Notes: generated from the sequence alone by a model not told the origin. DNA of 64,000 bases from Gallionella sp. (GCA_003153155.1 PLWV01000019.1:1137-65136), one strand, 5' to 3'; shown: positions 1 through 11,041, counted from the stretch's first letter. Made by a program: numbers and translations.

Positions 1-1006
1 TGGCCCAGGCGCCATGCACGAAACTCTGGTCTATCTTGAGTTCATCGAAGGGAATGTCGCGCAACTGGGCCAGCGAAGAATGCCCGGTGCCAAAATCGTC
101 TATGGATAATTCGAATCGCTTCAGGCGCAGCCGGGTCAGGATCTCGAGCGGTGCGCGCGCGTCCAGCATCAACCGGCTTTCCGTCACCTCCAGCACCACG
201 CTATGCGGCGACACACCCGCTGCGGCTGCCTGTGCGGCGACAAAATCCGCGAAATCCAGCGCAGCCAGATTATCCATGGATACATTGATCGCCACCTGCA
301 GCATCAGTCCCGCTTCCTCCCATCGCCTGATCTGGGCCAATGCACCGTCCAGCACCGCGCGGGTCAGGTCGTCGATCAGGCCGTGCGCCTCTGCCACGCC
401 GATGAACTGATCTGGAAACACCATCCCATCCTGCGGGTGCCGCCAGCGCACCAGGGATTCTGCGCCCGCCACTACACCCGTGGCGACCACCACTTTGGGC
501 TGGTAGTAATTGACCAGCTCGCCATTGGCGATGGCGGCGCGCACCTTGTCCGCAGCATAAATTTTTTTCGCCGCAATTTTTTTCGCCGCACCGCAGGGGC
601 CGTCTTGCGCCAGTGCCGTCCACTTTTCCAGCAACGACGCCAGCCCTTCCGGCGTGGCTGGCTTGTGCAGGTGGCCCAGCATCGGAATCTTATGCGCCCG
701 CACCAGCTTCTCGACAGACTGCTGCATGCGTTCATCTTCTCCGCTCACCAGAATGAGAGCACCAGCATAATGGTGCTCGACCAGGCGGCGCGCGAATTCG
801 ACCCCATCCATCTCCGGCATGTTGAGATCCAGCAAAATCAAATCCGGCGAGCGGTCTGGGTCATCAACCTGCTCCAGCGCGGCGCGTCCGCTGTCGAAGG
901 TGCTGACCGAGGTATAGCCGAGGTTCGCCAAAATGCGGGCCAGCAGCTTGAGCATGAATGGCTCGTCGTCGAGCACCAGAATCCTGATGGCGAATTTTTT
1001 CGGCAT
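1..1006 (-). CDS. REC-EAL response regulator / c-di-GMP phosphodiesterase (3' end runs off the window)
   Basis: Hand translation (absent from the ORF track): MPKKFAIRILVLDDEPFML...LILLDLNMPEMDG...YYQPKV...GAESLVRW...LEVTES...IDDFGTGHSSL...ELKIDQSFV. The EAL motif is the ESL variant. Confidence 0.9.
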   Translation of the reverse strand, partial: MPKKFAIRILVLDDEPFMLKLLARILANLGYTSVSTFDSGRAALEQVDDPDRSPDLILLDLNMPEMDGVEFARRLVEHHYAGALILVSGEDERMQQSVEKLVRAHKIPMLGHLHKPATPEGLASLLEKWTALAQDGPCGAAKKIAAKKIYAADKVRAAIANGELVNYYQPKVVVATGVVAGAESLVRWRHPQDGMVFPDQFIGVAEAHGLIDDLTRAVLDGALAQIRRWEEAGLMLQVAINVSMDNLAALDFADFVAAQAAAAGVSPHSVVLEVTESRLMLDARAPLEILTRLRLKRFELSIDDFGTGHSSLAQLRDIPFDELKIDQSFVHGAWA

Positions 1007-1051
1007 GGTCTTCTTCCTTTTCTTGCGGTTCTCTCCAAAAGGGGAGCGCGC

Positions 1052-3739
1052 CTATAACGAATCCAGATAGTTGTTTACGGCGGACATTTCCGCCTCGAAG
1101 CGGGATAGCAGCGCGGTCAATGCTTGGATCTGTCCAGCCTTGCCCGCCTGTTCCATTTCGGCGCACAACTCTCCCAGCGCCAGCGCGCCCACCGAACGCG
1201 CAGAGGATTTGAGTTTATGCGCCGCCGCCGCCACTGCCGCTGTATTGCATGCGGCGCAGGCAGTGCGCAATTGCGCCGCAATTTTGTCTGCGCTGATGCG
1301 GAAGTCATGCAAAAACTCGGCTAAGGTCGCCTCGTCATCACCCACTAATTTCTTGAGCACGTTTACATCTACCGGCGAGGATGACGCGGCGAGAGCAGAT
1401 TTTAATTGGATGGGCGCGGACTCGGCGGCAATGCGCAGCCATTTTTCCAGCATCTCTTTCAGTTTGACCAGTTGCGCCGGCTTGCTTAAATAGCCATCCA
1501 TACCGACCGCAAGGCAGTGTTCGGCCTCGCCCTTAAGGACATTGGCGGTGAAGGCGATGATAGGCGTGCGTGGTTTGCCGGTTTTGCCGGTATCGCTTTC
1601 ACTGGCTCGAATGATCGCAGTCAATTCATATCCGTCCATCTCCGGCATGTGCAGGTCGGTGATCAGCATGCCGTAATCGCCGCTCTGCCACAATTCCAAT
1701 GCCTCGCGGCCATTGTTGATGATGTCGGCAGTATGACCGAGCAACTTGAGTTGTTGCAGGATGACTTTCTGGTTGATCTCGTTGTCTTCGGCAACCAGGA
1801 TCAGGCTGCCCCGCCGGAGCGCATCCTCGCGCGACAGTGGCACGGGCGCCAACCTGGCGCCACTGGACAGGTCGATCAGGACTTGTTTTTTGATCCGTCC
1901 GGCGGCAATCGCCACCGCTTCCAGAAATACCTTGCGGTGCATGGCCTCAGCGTCCAGAGTAACCTGATCGGCGGCTTCGACCCGGCACTGCCGGCGTTTG
2001 CCGCGCCCGATGACAACAAAACGAACATCCGACCCGGTTCGGGCACAGGCGGCGGTGCGCAATGCATCCAGCAGCGATGGAGCACCCGTAGTATCTATGA
2101 CCACAACGCACAATCCGGGCGGCCAGCTGGAGATCCATTGCCCGGCAGCGTCCCTGTCCATTACCCGCTCGACTATCGCACCGTCATGCGCGAGATAGAC
2201 GGCCATGTCGTCTGCCAGACTATCCCCACCGCCCACCACCAGACAGCACAATCCGGCGATCGGCGAGGGCTGATCATCGGCTTCCGGATTTTGCGCCGGC
2301 AGTTCGAATGACAGGCGCACGCTGAACATCGAGCCTATGCCCGGTTCGCTCTGCACCGATATTTCGCCGTCCATTATGTTGGCCAACTGGCTGCTGATGA
2401 CCAGCCCCAGCCCGGTGCCGCCGAAATTCCGGGTGGTGGACGAGTCGGCCTGGGAAAAGGGAGTGAACAGCTTGGCTTGGGTCGCTGCATCAATACCGAT
2501 GCCGTTGTCGGACACGCTGAATACCACCATCACCTTCCCCGGTGAGCCCCTGTTCTCTGGTGCGACCCGGATCGCCCGTGTGACGCGCATCGACACACGC
2601 GCTTGCCTGCCCTGCCCGGTGGAAAACTTGATGGCGTTGTTCGCCAGGTTGACCAGTATCTGGCGCAGCCGCCCGGGGTCACCCATAAGAAGTGCGGGCA
2701 GGGTCGGATCGGTAAACAGGGTCAGTTCCACCGCTTTTTTCCGGGCCATGTGATCCAGTGCATCGCACGCCCCTTCCACCACGTCGGCGATGTTCATGGG
2801 CAGGCTTTCAACCTGAAGCTTGCCGGCCTCGATCTTGGAAAAATCGAGAATATCGTCAATCACGGCAAGCAGGGCGTATGCCGAATCGTGGATGATGTTG
2901 GACATCTCCATCTGCTGGGGATTGAGGCTGCTCTGTTGCAGCACATCGACCATGCCGATCACGCCGTTCATCGGGGTGCGTATCTCGTGGCTCATGGCGG
3001 CAAGGAAGGCCGACTTGGCTTGGTTAGCCTGTTCAGCATCGCGCCGGGCTTGCTCCAGATCGGAGGTGCGTGATGCCACTTTGTTTTCCAGCTCTTCGTT
3101 GAGTTGGCGTAGCGACTCCTCCGCCAGCTTCTGGTCTTCGACCACACTAAGCAGCGCCCGGCGTGATTGATTGGCAGCGGCCAGCAACTCCCGCGCCGAC
3201 TTTTCGGAAGCGACGATGGCCTCGCTGCGCTTTTGCTCAGTCAGATCGGTTGCCACCAGGCAGAAAGCATCAGGCATCCCGGTGATGAGCAGGTTGCTCA
3301 CCGAAAGCTGGACCGGCACCCGTGTGCCATCACTGGCGGTAAGTTCAAGCTGCTCACGGTGTTTTTCAGCTGCGCCTTTGCTCAACAGAGATTGAAGAAT
3401 CTGCCGACTGTCGGGCGCAATCCAGATGTGAATTGAAGCGCCGATCACATTTTCGAGCGGCATCTTGAGCATCTCGGCAAAGCGCCGGTTGGCATACAAA
3501 ATCACACCCTCCGCCGTCATGGTCAGCGCGCCTTCGTTCATATTCTCGATTAATGTACGGTAGGATTGATCGGCACCCTTGAGCGTAAAAAGCTGCGAAC
3601 CGACCTCGCCCGAGACGAACATCGCGTCCACCTCGCCACTGCGAATGGCGCGCAAAGTCTCTTTGGCTTCGTCCAGTTGTGCGCGCAGGTCTTCCAGTTC
3701 TAGCTGGCATTGCTCCTGGGTTGTTGGATTATTTTGCAT
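1052..3739 (-). CDS. Hybrid sensor histidine kinase (PAS-HisKA-HATPase-degenerate REC-REC-Hpt)
   Basis: H-box [11 protein letters not shown]; N/G boxes [22 protein letters not shown]; [14 protein letters not shown]; Hpt AHKLKSSA. Start overlaps the kaiB stop (TAATG). Confidence 0.93.
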   Translation of the reverse strand: MQNNPTTQEQCQLELEDLRAQLDEAKETLRAIRSGEVDAMFVSGEVGSQLFTLKGADQSYRTLIENMNEGALTMTAEGVILYANRRFAEMLKMPLENVIGASIHIWIAPDSRQILQSLLSKGAAEKHREQLELTASDGTRVPVQLSVSNLLITGMPDAFCLVATDLTEQKRSEAIVASEKSARELLAAANQSRRALLSVVEDQKLAEESLRQLNEELENKVASRTSDLEQARRDAEQANQAKSAFLAAMSHEIRTPMNGVIGMVDVLQQSSLNPQQMEMSNIIHDSAYALLAVIDDILDFSKIEAGKLQVESLPMNIADVVEGACDALDHMARKKAVELTLFTDPTLPALLMGDPGRLRQILVNLANNAIKFSTGQGRQARVSMRVTRAIRVAPENRGSPGKVMVVFSVSDNGIGIDAATQAKLFTPFSQADSSTTRNFGGTGLGLVISSQLANIMDGEISVQSEPGIGSMFSVRLSFELPAQNPEADDQPSPIAGLCCLVVGGGDSLADDMAVYLAHDGAIVERVMDRDAAGQWISSWPPGLCVVVIDTTGAPSLLDALRTAACARTGSDVRFVVIGRGKRRQCRVEAADQVTLDAEAMHRKVFLEAVAIAAGRIKKQVLIDLSSGARLAPVPLSREDALRRGSLILVAEDNEINQKVILQQLKLLGHTADIINNGREALELWQSGDYGMLITDLHMPEMDGYELTAIIRASESDTGKTGKPRTPIIAFTANVLKGEAEHCLAVGMDGYLSKPAQLVKLKEMLEKWLRIAAESAPIQLKSALAASSSPVDVNVLKKLVGDDEATLAEFLHDFRISADKIAAQLRTACAACNTAAVAAAAHKLKSSARSVGALALGELCAEMEQAGKAGQIQALTALLSRFEAEMSAVNNYLDSL

Positions 3740-4050
3740 TACGCGTTCTTTCGCAAATCCAGCCCAACCAGCACGCGCTCGGTATTCGACATATCCCCGA
3801 TGATGCGGCGCAACGGGTTCGGAAGTTTTCTGATCAGCGTTGGCACGGCGATGATCTGCTCGTCCTGCGCCAGTTGTGGCTGCTGGTAGAGATCAATTAC
3901 CTTCAGCTCATAGCGCCCTTGCAGATTTTCCTCGCAGATTCTTTTAATATTGGTGATCGCGTTAGCAGATTTCGGCGACGTTCCGGCAACGTACAGCCGC
4001 AGGATATAGCGATTCGATTCTGCTTTGGGCTGGGCGGGGTTCGTTTTCAT
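3739..4050 (-). CDS. kaiB: KaiB family protein (103 aa)
   Basis: [12 protein letters not shown]...[36 protein letters not shown]. The ATG at 4050 overlaps the kaiC TGA; the longer ORF-track call is a spurious 5' extension. Confidence 0.93.
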   Translation of the reverse strand: MKTNPAQPKAESNRYILRLYVAGTSPKSANAITNIKRICEENLQGRYELKVIDLYQQPQLAQDEQIIAVPTLIRKLPNPLRRIIGDMSNTERVLVGLDLRKNA

Positions 4051-5837
4051 TTCGATCCCCTTTTTTGTTTGTTCGCTGTCACATCCGCATTGCGGCTCAG
4101 CCCCATGTCCACACGTCCTTGCACTAATTGCGCTTTCTCCGCTTTTTCCTGCCCGATGATTTTCACCGACGCGATCTCTTCCACCGCAAACTCGGCGCGC
4201 AACACGGCGATTTGTGCTTCCAGCGTCGTGCGCTTGCGTTCCAGCTCGATCCGCCGCAACTCCACTTCCTGATCGCGGATCATCAACGCGGCTTTCTCTT
4301 GCGCCTCTTGCGTCAATCGCGCCGAACCGGTCAGCACGCCACTCACACCGACGTACACATCGCGCAATTCCACGCCGTGATCGGTCAGCAGGAACTCGCG
4401 AATCTGGTTCGAGTGCGCCATGCCGCGCGATTTCATGATGTACAAGCCGCGATTGCGCTCGCCACCAATTTCGATGTCCCTCACCAACAGCCATGTGTCG
4501 ATCAGGGACGAAATGGCAACTTCGCTTTGTTCGAGCACTCCGCTGCTTGATGTTAAGCTGGTGAACAAGCCGGTGATCTGATTCGTTTTCAAAAAATCTA
4601 TCAGCCTTGTCAACATCGATTTGACTTCGATCTCATTGCCCCCGATGACAAAACTGTTCAGCGGATCCAGAATCACCACCTGCGGTTTGAACGTGTTGAT
4701 CAATTTGTGCTTCGTGATCAGATGCGTTTCCAAGCCCGCAGACGAGGGGCGGTCCGCATAAATCTGCAACAGCCCTTTTGTCACCCACACTTCCAGGTCA
4801 ATCCCGATGGAACGCATGTTGCGCATGATCTGGCTGGGAGATTCCTCGAAGGCGAAATAGATTACGCGCTCGCCGCGACGGCAGGCGGCCTCGGCAAAGT
4901 GTGCCGCGAGACTGCTCTTGCCGGTACCCGCCGTGCCGGAGATAAGCACGCTGCTGCCCCGGAAAAAGCCCTTTCCGCCCAGCATCGCGTCGAGGCGCGG
5001 GATGCCGGTAGAAGCGCGTTCGCTGGAGGCAGTGTGCTGCAAGCCCATCGACGTGACCGGCAGCACCGAAATGCCATCTGCGTCGATCAGAAACGGATAC
5101 TCGTTGGTGCCGTGGGTCGAGCCGCGATACTTGGCCACGCGCAACCGCCGCGAGGAGGTCTGCTCGCTCACGCGATGGTCGAGCACGATGACGCAGTCGG
5201 AAACGTATTCTTCCAACCCCTGGCGCGTCAGCATCCCATCACCGCGTTCGCCGGTGATGATGGCCGTCACGCCCCTATCCTTCAGCCAGCGAAACAGGCG
5301 GCGCAGTTCGGCGCGCAGGATGGCCGGGTTGGGCAAGCCGGAGAACAGCGTCTCGATGGTATCCAGCACCACGCGCTTCGCGCCGATGGAATCAATGGCT
5401 GACCCCAAGCGGATGAACAACCCTTCCAGATCGTATTCGCCGCTTTCTTCGATTTCGCTGCGCTCGATATACACAAAATCCACCACGATCTTTTTGTGCG
5501 CGATCAGGTCTTTCAAGTCGAAACCGAGCGAAGCGACGTTCTGGGTCAGGTCTTTGGCGGTCTCTTCGAAAGCCATAAACACGCCCGGCTCGTTGAACTC
5601 TGTCGCGCCCCGCACCAGAAACTCCATCGCGAGCAGCGTCTTGCCGCAGCCCGCGCCGCCGCACACCAGCGTCGGCCTGCCTTTGGGCAATCCGCCGCCG
5701 GTGATTTCGTCCAGCCCCTGAATGCCGGTCGGCGATTTGGGTAGTTGCGGCCTCGATTTTTGTTCTGGCCTGGATTTTTGCTTTGTCCTGGATTTTTGTT
5801 CTGACTGGGATTTTTGTTTTGGCTTGGGCTTGGTCAT
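4047..5837 (-). CDS. kaiC: KaiC family double-domain ATPase/kinase
   Basis: Two RecA-like domains ([11 protein letters not shown] and [11 protein letters not shown]), ISSLIDTW at the phosphosite position, [15 protein letters not shown]-terminal coiled-coil tail. Confidence 0.95.
   Translation of the reverse strand: MTKPKPKQKSQSEQKSRTKQKSRPEQKSRPQLPKSPTGIQGLDEITGGGLPKGRPTLVCGGAGCGKTLLAMEFLVRGATEFNEPGVFMAFEETAKDLTQNVASLGFDLKDLIAHKKIVVDFVYIERSEIEESGEYDLEGLFIRLGSAIDSIGAKRVVLDTIETLFSGLPNPAILRAELRRLFRWLKDRGVTAIITGERGDGMLTRQGLEEYVSDCVIVLDHRVSEQTSSRRLRVAKYRGSTHGTNEYPFLIDADGISVLPVTSMGLQHTASSERASTGIPRLDAMLGGKGFFRGSSVLISGTAGTGKSSLAAHFAEAACRRGERVIYFAFEESPSQIMRNMRSIGIDLEVWVTKGLLQIYADRPSSAGLETHLITKHKLINTFKPQVVILDPLNSFVIGGNEIEVKSMLTRLIDFLKTNQITGLFTSLTSSSGVLEQSEVAISSLIDTWLLVRDIEIGGERNRGLYIMKSRGMAHSNQIREFLLTDHGVELRDVYVGVSGVLTGSARLTQEAQEKAALMIRDQEVELRRIELERKRTTLEAQIAVLRAEFAVEEIASVKIIGQEKAEKAQLVQGRVDMGLSRNADVTANKQKRGSK
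5755..5825 (-). repeat. 18-bp tandem repeat (~4 units) encoding QKSxxE hexapeptides at the KaiC N-terminus
   Basis: Protein reads [24 protein letters not shown]; the + strand shows recurring GATTTTTG every 18 nt. Confidence 0.8.
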
Positions 5838-5840
5838 GAT

Positions 5841-8543
5841 TTATTCCTCTATTGGGTCTTGAGATTCAGCACTGGGGTAGCGCGGATGTTTGCCGGTTTT
5901 GCCCAGCAAATCGTTCACTTCATGCTTGAGGTCAAGGATGCGCTCCTCTCGACCCGAGGTTACCTCGTGCCAGCGGCGCAGTTCCTCGATCTGTTCGGCC
6001 TGCTTGACTTCGGTCTGCTTGCGCTCGGTGATGTCTTCGCCGATGCTTGCCGTTCCGATCACATCGCCGTCTCCCGAGCGCAGCACCGAATGGTTCCAGC
6101 GTATGAGCCGACGCTCGCCAGAACGGGTAAGTATCTCGCTTTCGTAATGCCTTGCTTCTGGTTTATTGAGGATGAGTTCCGCGAAAACCTTTTTTTTCTG
6201 TTTGGCAATTTCGGGCGGCACGAAAAGCTCTACCCAGTTTCGCCCGATAATTTCCTCGTATTTCCAACCAGTCAGGCGGAGCAGAAACTCGTTGCAGTAG
6301 GTTATCCGTTCTTCGCTGTCACGCATTACTGAAACCAGTTCCACATTTTCCAGCATGTCGCTAAAGCGACGCTCGCTTTCGCGTAGCTCCAGATTGATGC
6401 GGGATATTTCCTGTACAGCCATCTTTATGTCATTAATATCGGTGCAGGTGCCAAACCATTTGAGGATATTGCCGTCGGCATCTAGCAGAGGCACACCACG
6501 CACCAGCCACCAGCGGTAAATTCCATCTGCGCGACGCAAGCGGCTTTCGATCGAATAAATGCCGCGCCCCGTCACTGCTAGCTGCCAAGCATCCCATGTA
6601 CGCTGCTGGTCGTCCGGATGGAATGGCTTGTTCCACCCGTGACCCAGGCTTTCCTCAAGGGTGAGTCCCGTGTAATCCATCCATTGCTGGTTGAAATAAA
6701 TGTTCCAGCCATCCGCGCGGGTGATCCAGACAATTTGCGGCATGGCTTCGGCCAGCGTGCGGAATTCTGCCTCGCTCTTGCGCAAATCTTCCTCCGCCAG
6801 CTTGCGCTCGGTAATATCGCGCGCGATGCCCAGCACGCCGACCAGCTTGCCTCCGGGATCGTACATCGGCGTTTTGATAGCTTCCAGCAGGGCACGATGA
6901 CCATCGTCGGCGAAGACGACCCATGCTTCGGGTTCGATGCTGGGTTTGTTTGCTGCCATTGCTATGCGGTCGTGCTCGCGGAAGAAGTCCGCCAGTTCCT
7001 TGTCCACAAAATCGTAATCGGTTTTGCCGACGATGTCCGCTTCCTTGGCACCATAGAAACGCTCGAACATCGGGTTGCAACTCACGTAAACGCCGTTCTC
7101 GTCTTTCAGCCAAATCATGTCAGGTATGGTTCCCACCAAGGTGCGCAAACGGGTTTCTTTCGCGGCCAAGGCCAGCTCCATTTGCATGCGCTCGTTCACG
7201 GCAAAGTTGAGTCTGAATATCACGGCCAGAAAAATCATCAGGCTGGTAAACGTGCCGATGAAGATGATGAGGTATGAGAACCGGGACATACTTTCCGATT
7301 CCTGTTTCAATTGCTGGATGAGTTGGTGATGCTCGCTTTTAATCTGATCGTATGTGATACGGAAGTTGTCCAGCAAGCCTTCTCCATACCTGATCATGTT
7401 GTTGCGGATAGCGTCGGTCATGCTGGTTTGCCTGGCATCAATGACTTGCTGAAACCACTGGAGTTGCGCCTTGGCCTGAACTTCGATCCGGGCGAACTGC
7501 TGTTGTTGATGCGGGTTGCTGGCGGTGAGTTTGCGCAGTGCGTCCAGATTCACGTTGCTGTTGGCTTTGGCCTCAAGATAGTGGGTCTTGAACTGTTCGT
7601 CGCCGGTGATGACGTAGCCACGAGTGTAGGTTTGGGCATCGATAATTTCGATCAGAATATTTTCAATATAGTCCTGCGCTTCTTCGCTATACGCTATCTT
7701 GCGGTTCGTTTCGCCCAGCCAGAATTGGCTCCGGTTGGTGTTGAAGCCGATGAGCACCAGCACTGCCATGCCGCAGGCAAACGCCGCCGTGGTATTCCTG
7801 CTGAGCGACCACTGCAAGACATCCGGCTGCCAGCTAATTGCAATGACGGCCATGCCCAGCATCGCGAACAATAGGGACGTGTGCATCGCCATGATGGTGA
7901 GGCCAAACCAGCCATAGGCGCCTAGACCCGGTGTGGGATAGGACAGCATCGCCGCCAGCGCGAGGGTCGTCACCAGCAGGCCGAGGCTCACCGACGCAAG
8001 CGCAGTCCAGCGGGTCTGGTGCGAACTGCCGGTGATCCACAATGCCGCAGCCAGCAAGACGAAACTCAAGGCCGTCTCCGGTGCCATCCGCCCCGGATAC
8101 GATGTGCCCACCGTGCCGTTCGGCTCGATGAACAACCACTGGTCTATGCCGGGATTCCAACCGAAGACATATTCACCCAGCGACAGCAGGCCGATCAGGC
8201 CAACCAGCAACCCGCAAAGACGGGCGAGGCGAAATAACAAGGTTGAGAATTGCACCCGCAGGGGGTAGGCCGTGCGGTTCCCGTAGCCGAAGCTACGACC
8301 GCTACGCTCCGGATTGAACGTTGCGGGTGGGCGGGCAGTCAACAACAGCGCGATCCCCGTCAGGATGAAACAGACGGCGGTGTTCGCCTTCATGGCAACC
8401 CAGCCCGGCAAGACGCTCTTCAGTGTGACAATATCGAATGTCCAGCCGACCAGTACCATGGCGCCCACAACCACCGACAGAAGCGCAGCCCATGATGCGA
8501 GTTTCCGCGCCAGCACTGCAGGGTGGGTGTGGTCAGTTCTCAT
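5841..8543 (-). CDS. Membrane sensor: multi-TM, CHASE3-like, three PAS/PAC domains, no catalytic output domain
   Basis: Several TM helices; DAQTYTRGYVITGD..F..HY (CHASE3-like); three PAS/PAC units ending RDITERK, TDINDIK, EDITERK; ends ~45 aa after the last PAS. Confidence 0.85.
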   Translation of the reverse strand: MRTDHTHPAVLARKLASWAALLSVVVGAMVLVGWTFDIVTLKSVLPGWVAMKANTAVCFILTGIALLLTARPPATFNPERSGRSFGYGNRTAYPLRVQFSTLLFRLARLCGLLVGLIGLLSLGEYVFGWNPGIDQWLFIEPNGTVGTSYPGRMAPETALSFVLLAAALWITGSSHQTRWTALASVSLGLLVTTLALAAMLSYPTPGLGAYGWFGLTIMAMHTSLLFAMLGMAVIAISWQPDVLQWSLSRNTTAAFACGMAVLVLIGFNTNRSQFWLGETNRKIAYSEEAQDYIENILIEIIDAQTYTRGYVITGDEQFKTHYLEAKANSNVNLDALRKLTASNPHQQQQFARIEVQAKAQLQWFQQVIDARQTSMTDAIRNNMIRYGEGLLDNFRITYDQIKSEHHQLIQQLKQESESMSRFSYLIIFIGTFTSLMIFLAVIFRLNFAVNERMQMELALAAKETRLRTLVGTIPDMIWLKDENGVYVSCNPMFERFYGAKEADIVGKTDYDFVDKELADFFREHDRIAMAANKPSIEPEAWVVFADDGHRALLEAIKTPMYDPGGKLVGVLGIARDITERKLAEEDLRKSEAEFRTLAEAMPQIVWITRADGWNIYFNQQWMDYTGLTLEESLGHGWNKPFHPDDQQRTWDAWQLAVTGRGIYSIESRLRRADGIYRWWLVRGVPLLDADGNILKWFGTCTDINDIKMAVQEISRINLELRESERRFSDMLENVELVSVMRDSEERITYCNEFLLRLTGWKYEEIIGRNWVELFVPPEIAKQKKKVFAELILNKPEARHYESEILTRSGERRLIRWNHSVLRSGDGDVIGTASIGEDITERKQTEVKQAEQIEELRRWHEVTSGREERILDLKHEVNDLLGKTGKHPRYPSAESQDPIEE

Positions 8544-8699
8544 TATGGATTATGATCATCCTCATCAAGACTGTGCCCTCAATAATGTCCGGTTCACTGA
8601 ATTACCCATTGAGAAAACTGCTACCACGCAAAGCTCTATTCTAGAATAGGCCCAAGTACAAGTAGGGTCAATTCAATTTTGCAATGCGCATCCGCATCC

Positions 8700-8824
8700 T
8701 CAATATCGGCAGTCGCCGCCCAGATACGCTCTATAGCACACGCGCCGCTTCCAGACGCGCTCGACCGCGCGCCAGTCGATATCGCCTTGTTGGTCTTTTG
8801 CGGGGTGGTCTTGGGGGTGCTCAT
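8700..8824 (-). pseudogene. 5' remnant of a second CheW-type gene
   Basis: ATG at 8824 with an AAGGGA-like RBS. IDWRAVE, RLEAARV and AIERIWA lie in three different frames and join into an N-terminus I recall for the long CheW that follows cheR-TPR in such clusters (not searched). Confidence 0.55.
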
Positions 8825-8859
8825 GGCTGCATTTCCCTTATTCTGAAAAAACAGTTGGC

Positions 8860-8985
8860 CACTAGAGAACACAGAGTTCACAGAGAAAAACAATTGGTTG
8901 CCGTTAATAGCAATCCCATCCATCTGGTGAATATGAAAAATATGTGGAACTCGCTTCATCTCTGTGTTCTCTGTGATCTCTGTGG
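8860..8985. repeat. Inverted pair of 9-bp tandem repeats (CACAGAG.. / ..CTCTGTG)
   Basis: cactagagaa-cacagagtt-cacagagaa at 8860-8888 against tctctgtgt-tctctgtga-tctctgtgg at 8960-8985. Confidence 0.75.
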
Positions 8986-10343
8986 CTTGAATTAAGGTTT
9001 TTAGCCTTATGTGTTGCCGTCGCAGGCTGCGGCAAACTTGCCAGCAGGGACGTGACTATCTCAACCAGCCGCCCGGCAGTCAGCCCATCCGCTTCCGGCA
9101 GGGTTTCGTCCGGCGGATGCTTGCGCAACAGCAGCAGCACATTTCCGAAATAGCGCTGCGCCTCCCGGTAGCATCCCTGCGACTGATGCAGTTTCCCCAG
9201 TGCAAAATGAGCAAGCACGAACCGGGGTTCGAGATAGAGCGCGCGTATCAATGACTGAATGGCGTTATCGTGCAGCCCTTGTTCCTGCATAATTGTGGCG
9301 TTCAGATAATGGTGCACCGGGTTCAGCTTGTCGGCGGCGATCGCTTTTTCGCACCACTCCAGCGCCTCGCTGAGCCTGCCCTGATTGGCGCAATGACGCG
9401 CCATGAAGGCTGGTGCTTCATGTCTATCCTGGTTCGCTGCATCCGCCTTCTCGTTTTCAGATGGTAATTGGTACGACGGCGTATCTGCCATCTTCCGGTA
9501 TAACACCGCTTCCGGAAACTCGACCGGCGTGAACAAGGAAAGCAAGGTGGTCGAGGCTTCTGTCGGACTGACGATCAACCACCCGCCGTCAACCAGCGCG
9601 CGGTAAAAATTGCTGGTGACCTGTTTTGCCCGTTGCGCGGTGAAATACATCAGGACATTGCGGCAAAGAATCACGTCCATCGCGCTGGTGTTGTTAACCA
9701 GCGAGGGATAAATATCCTCGGCAAAATTGAGGTAGGAAAACGTGACCATCTTCCTGATACGAGGATGTATCTCGAAGCGTCCATCTGCCCTCTTGGTGAA
9801 ATACCGCTCGCGGAGCCAGACTGGCGCATCGCGAAACGACCATTCGCCGTACACGCCCTGTACCGCCTTGCGCAGAAATTTCGGGTTAAAGTCCGTCGCC
9901 AAAATGGTGACGTTCCAATCCTTGAGATCGGGAATGAGTCTGTCGAGCAGTATCGCGATGCTATAGGCTTCCTCGCCCGTGCTACAGCCCGCACTCCAGA
10001 TACGCAAACGCCGCTCATTCTGGCGGCGTGATTGCAACAGCATAGGGAGGATATGCTCCTCGAAAATTCCTAAACTCTGTTTCTCCCGGAAAAAATAGGT
10101 TTCCCCCACGCTCAGGTGGCTGGCGAGAACCTCGTTCATGTGCCGTGTCAGCGGGGCTGACAACAGCCAGCGTGCGCATGATTCCCGATCCGAAAAATTG
10201 AAATCCGGCGCTGCCGCCGCTATTCCCCGCTCGAGATCGCTCCAGCGTTCTTGCGGGAAATACAGACCCGTCTGCGCGGCGACAAATTCGCTCAGCTGTG
10301 ACAACAATGAAGAGGGAAATGTGGGGCGCATGTTTTGCCTCAA
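8904..10343 (-). CDS. cheR: CheR-type methyltransferase with C-terminal TPRs (WspC-like)
   Basis: VGETYFFRE, RIWSAGCSTGEEAYSIA, ATD, DVILCRNVLMYF, followed by TPR repeats. Confidence 0.92.
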   Translation of the reverse strand: MRQNMRPTFPSSLLSQLSEFVAAQTGLYFPQERWSDLERGIAAAAPDFNFSDRESCARWLLSAPLTRHMNEVLASHLSVGETYFFREKQSLGIFEEHILPMLLQSRRQNERRLRIWSAGCSTGEEAYSIAILLDRLIPDLKDWNVTILATDFNPKFLRKAVQGVYGEWSFRDAPVWLRERYFTKRADGRFEIHPRIRKMVTFSYLNFAEDIYPSLVNNTSAMDVILCRNVLMYFTAQRAKQVTSNFYRALVDGGWLIVSPTEASTTLLSLFTPVEFPEAVLYRKMADTPSYQLPSENEKADAANQDRHEAPAFMARHCANQGRLSEALEWCEKAIAADKLNPVHHYLNATIMQEQGLHDNAIQSLIRALYLEPRFVLAHFALGKLHQSQGCYREAQRYFGNVLLLLRKHPPDETLPEADGLTAGRLVEIVTSLLASLPQPATATHKAKNLNSSHRDHREHRDEASSTYFSYSPDGWDCY

Positions 10344-10828
10344 GAGGTTTCGAACGTCCGATTTTCCGGTGCCCGGTTTTCCAGCGCCTGGTCCAGAGAA
10401 CTTTCTTCTTCCAGCGAAAGAAATTTGTCCAGGTCGTGGATGAGGATCAAGCCATCTGTTAGTTTTACCACCCCTTTCACATACTCAACCTTGGGAAGGA
10501 TATTTTCTGTCGCGATCAGATTCTGCGCGGAACATGCGATGACATCCAGCACCGCGTCCGCCACCAGCGCAACAGGCCGTCGTGCCGTGTGCGCGACAAC
10601 CAGTTGGTCGGTCAGTGCAATCTCACGATCCGGCAGGCAAAAACGCCGACGCACATTGATAACCGGGATGACTTGCCCTTGGAAATTGACCACGCCAAGG
10701 ATGATGTCCGGTGCCTTAGGCAACGGGGTGATAGCCACCATGCGCACCACCCGATCCGCCGCAGGCAACGGCAGGGCGTAGCGTTGATCGTCCAGGGTAA
10801 AAATAACTAGGAAATCTGGCTTCTTCAT
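10340..10828 (-). CDS. cheW: CheW-like coupling protein
   Basis: FTLDDQRYALPL..DRVV..ITPLPKAP..ILGVVNFQGQVIPVINVR. Confidence 0.92.
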   Translation of the reverse strand: MKKPDFLVIFTLDDQRYALPLPAADRVVRMVAITPLPKAPDIILGVVNFQGQVIPVINVRRRFCLPDREIALTDQLVVAHTARRPVALVADAVLDVIACSAQNLIATENILPKVEYVKGVVKLTDGLILIHDLDKFLSLEEESSLDQALENRAPENRTFETS

Positions 10829-11041
10829 TGCAGCCCGGAGTGATGTTCAGGGATGACAAAATGGTCAGGCATTTGTCTGTCCTATCGCATCCCGCCCGCC
10901 TAACCAGCGTTACTCGAAATTGTACTTCATTCTTGAATCCGCGTTCATTAATAGAAGCCAGACCGCAAAGCAGCATGTGGGAGTCGCGTAAGCCTTGTAT
11001 GGCAAATCGCACCGCAGCAACTGTTCGCCGCTATGGACTCG

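Noticed and set aside
4051-4494. 251-aa extended KaiB from the ORF track
   Set aside because: The extension overlaps kaiC in another frame; the ATG at 4050 gives a normal KaiB with a coupled overlap.
8904-9000. Novel C-terminal domain on CheR
   Set aside because: The tail (HRDHREHRDE...) is read-through into the 9-bp tandem repeat.
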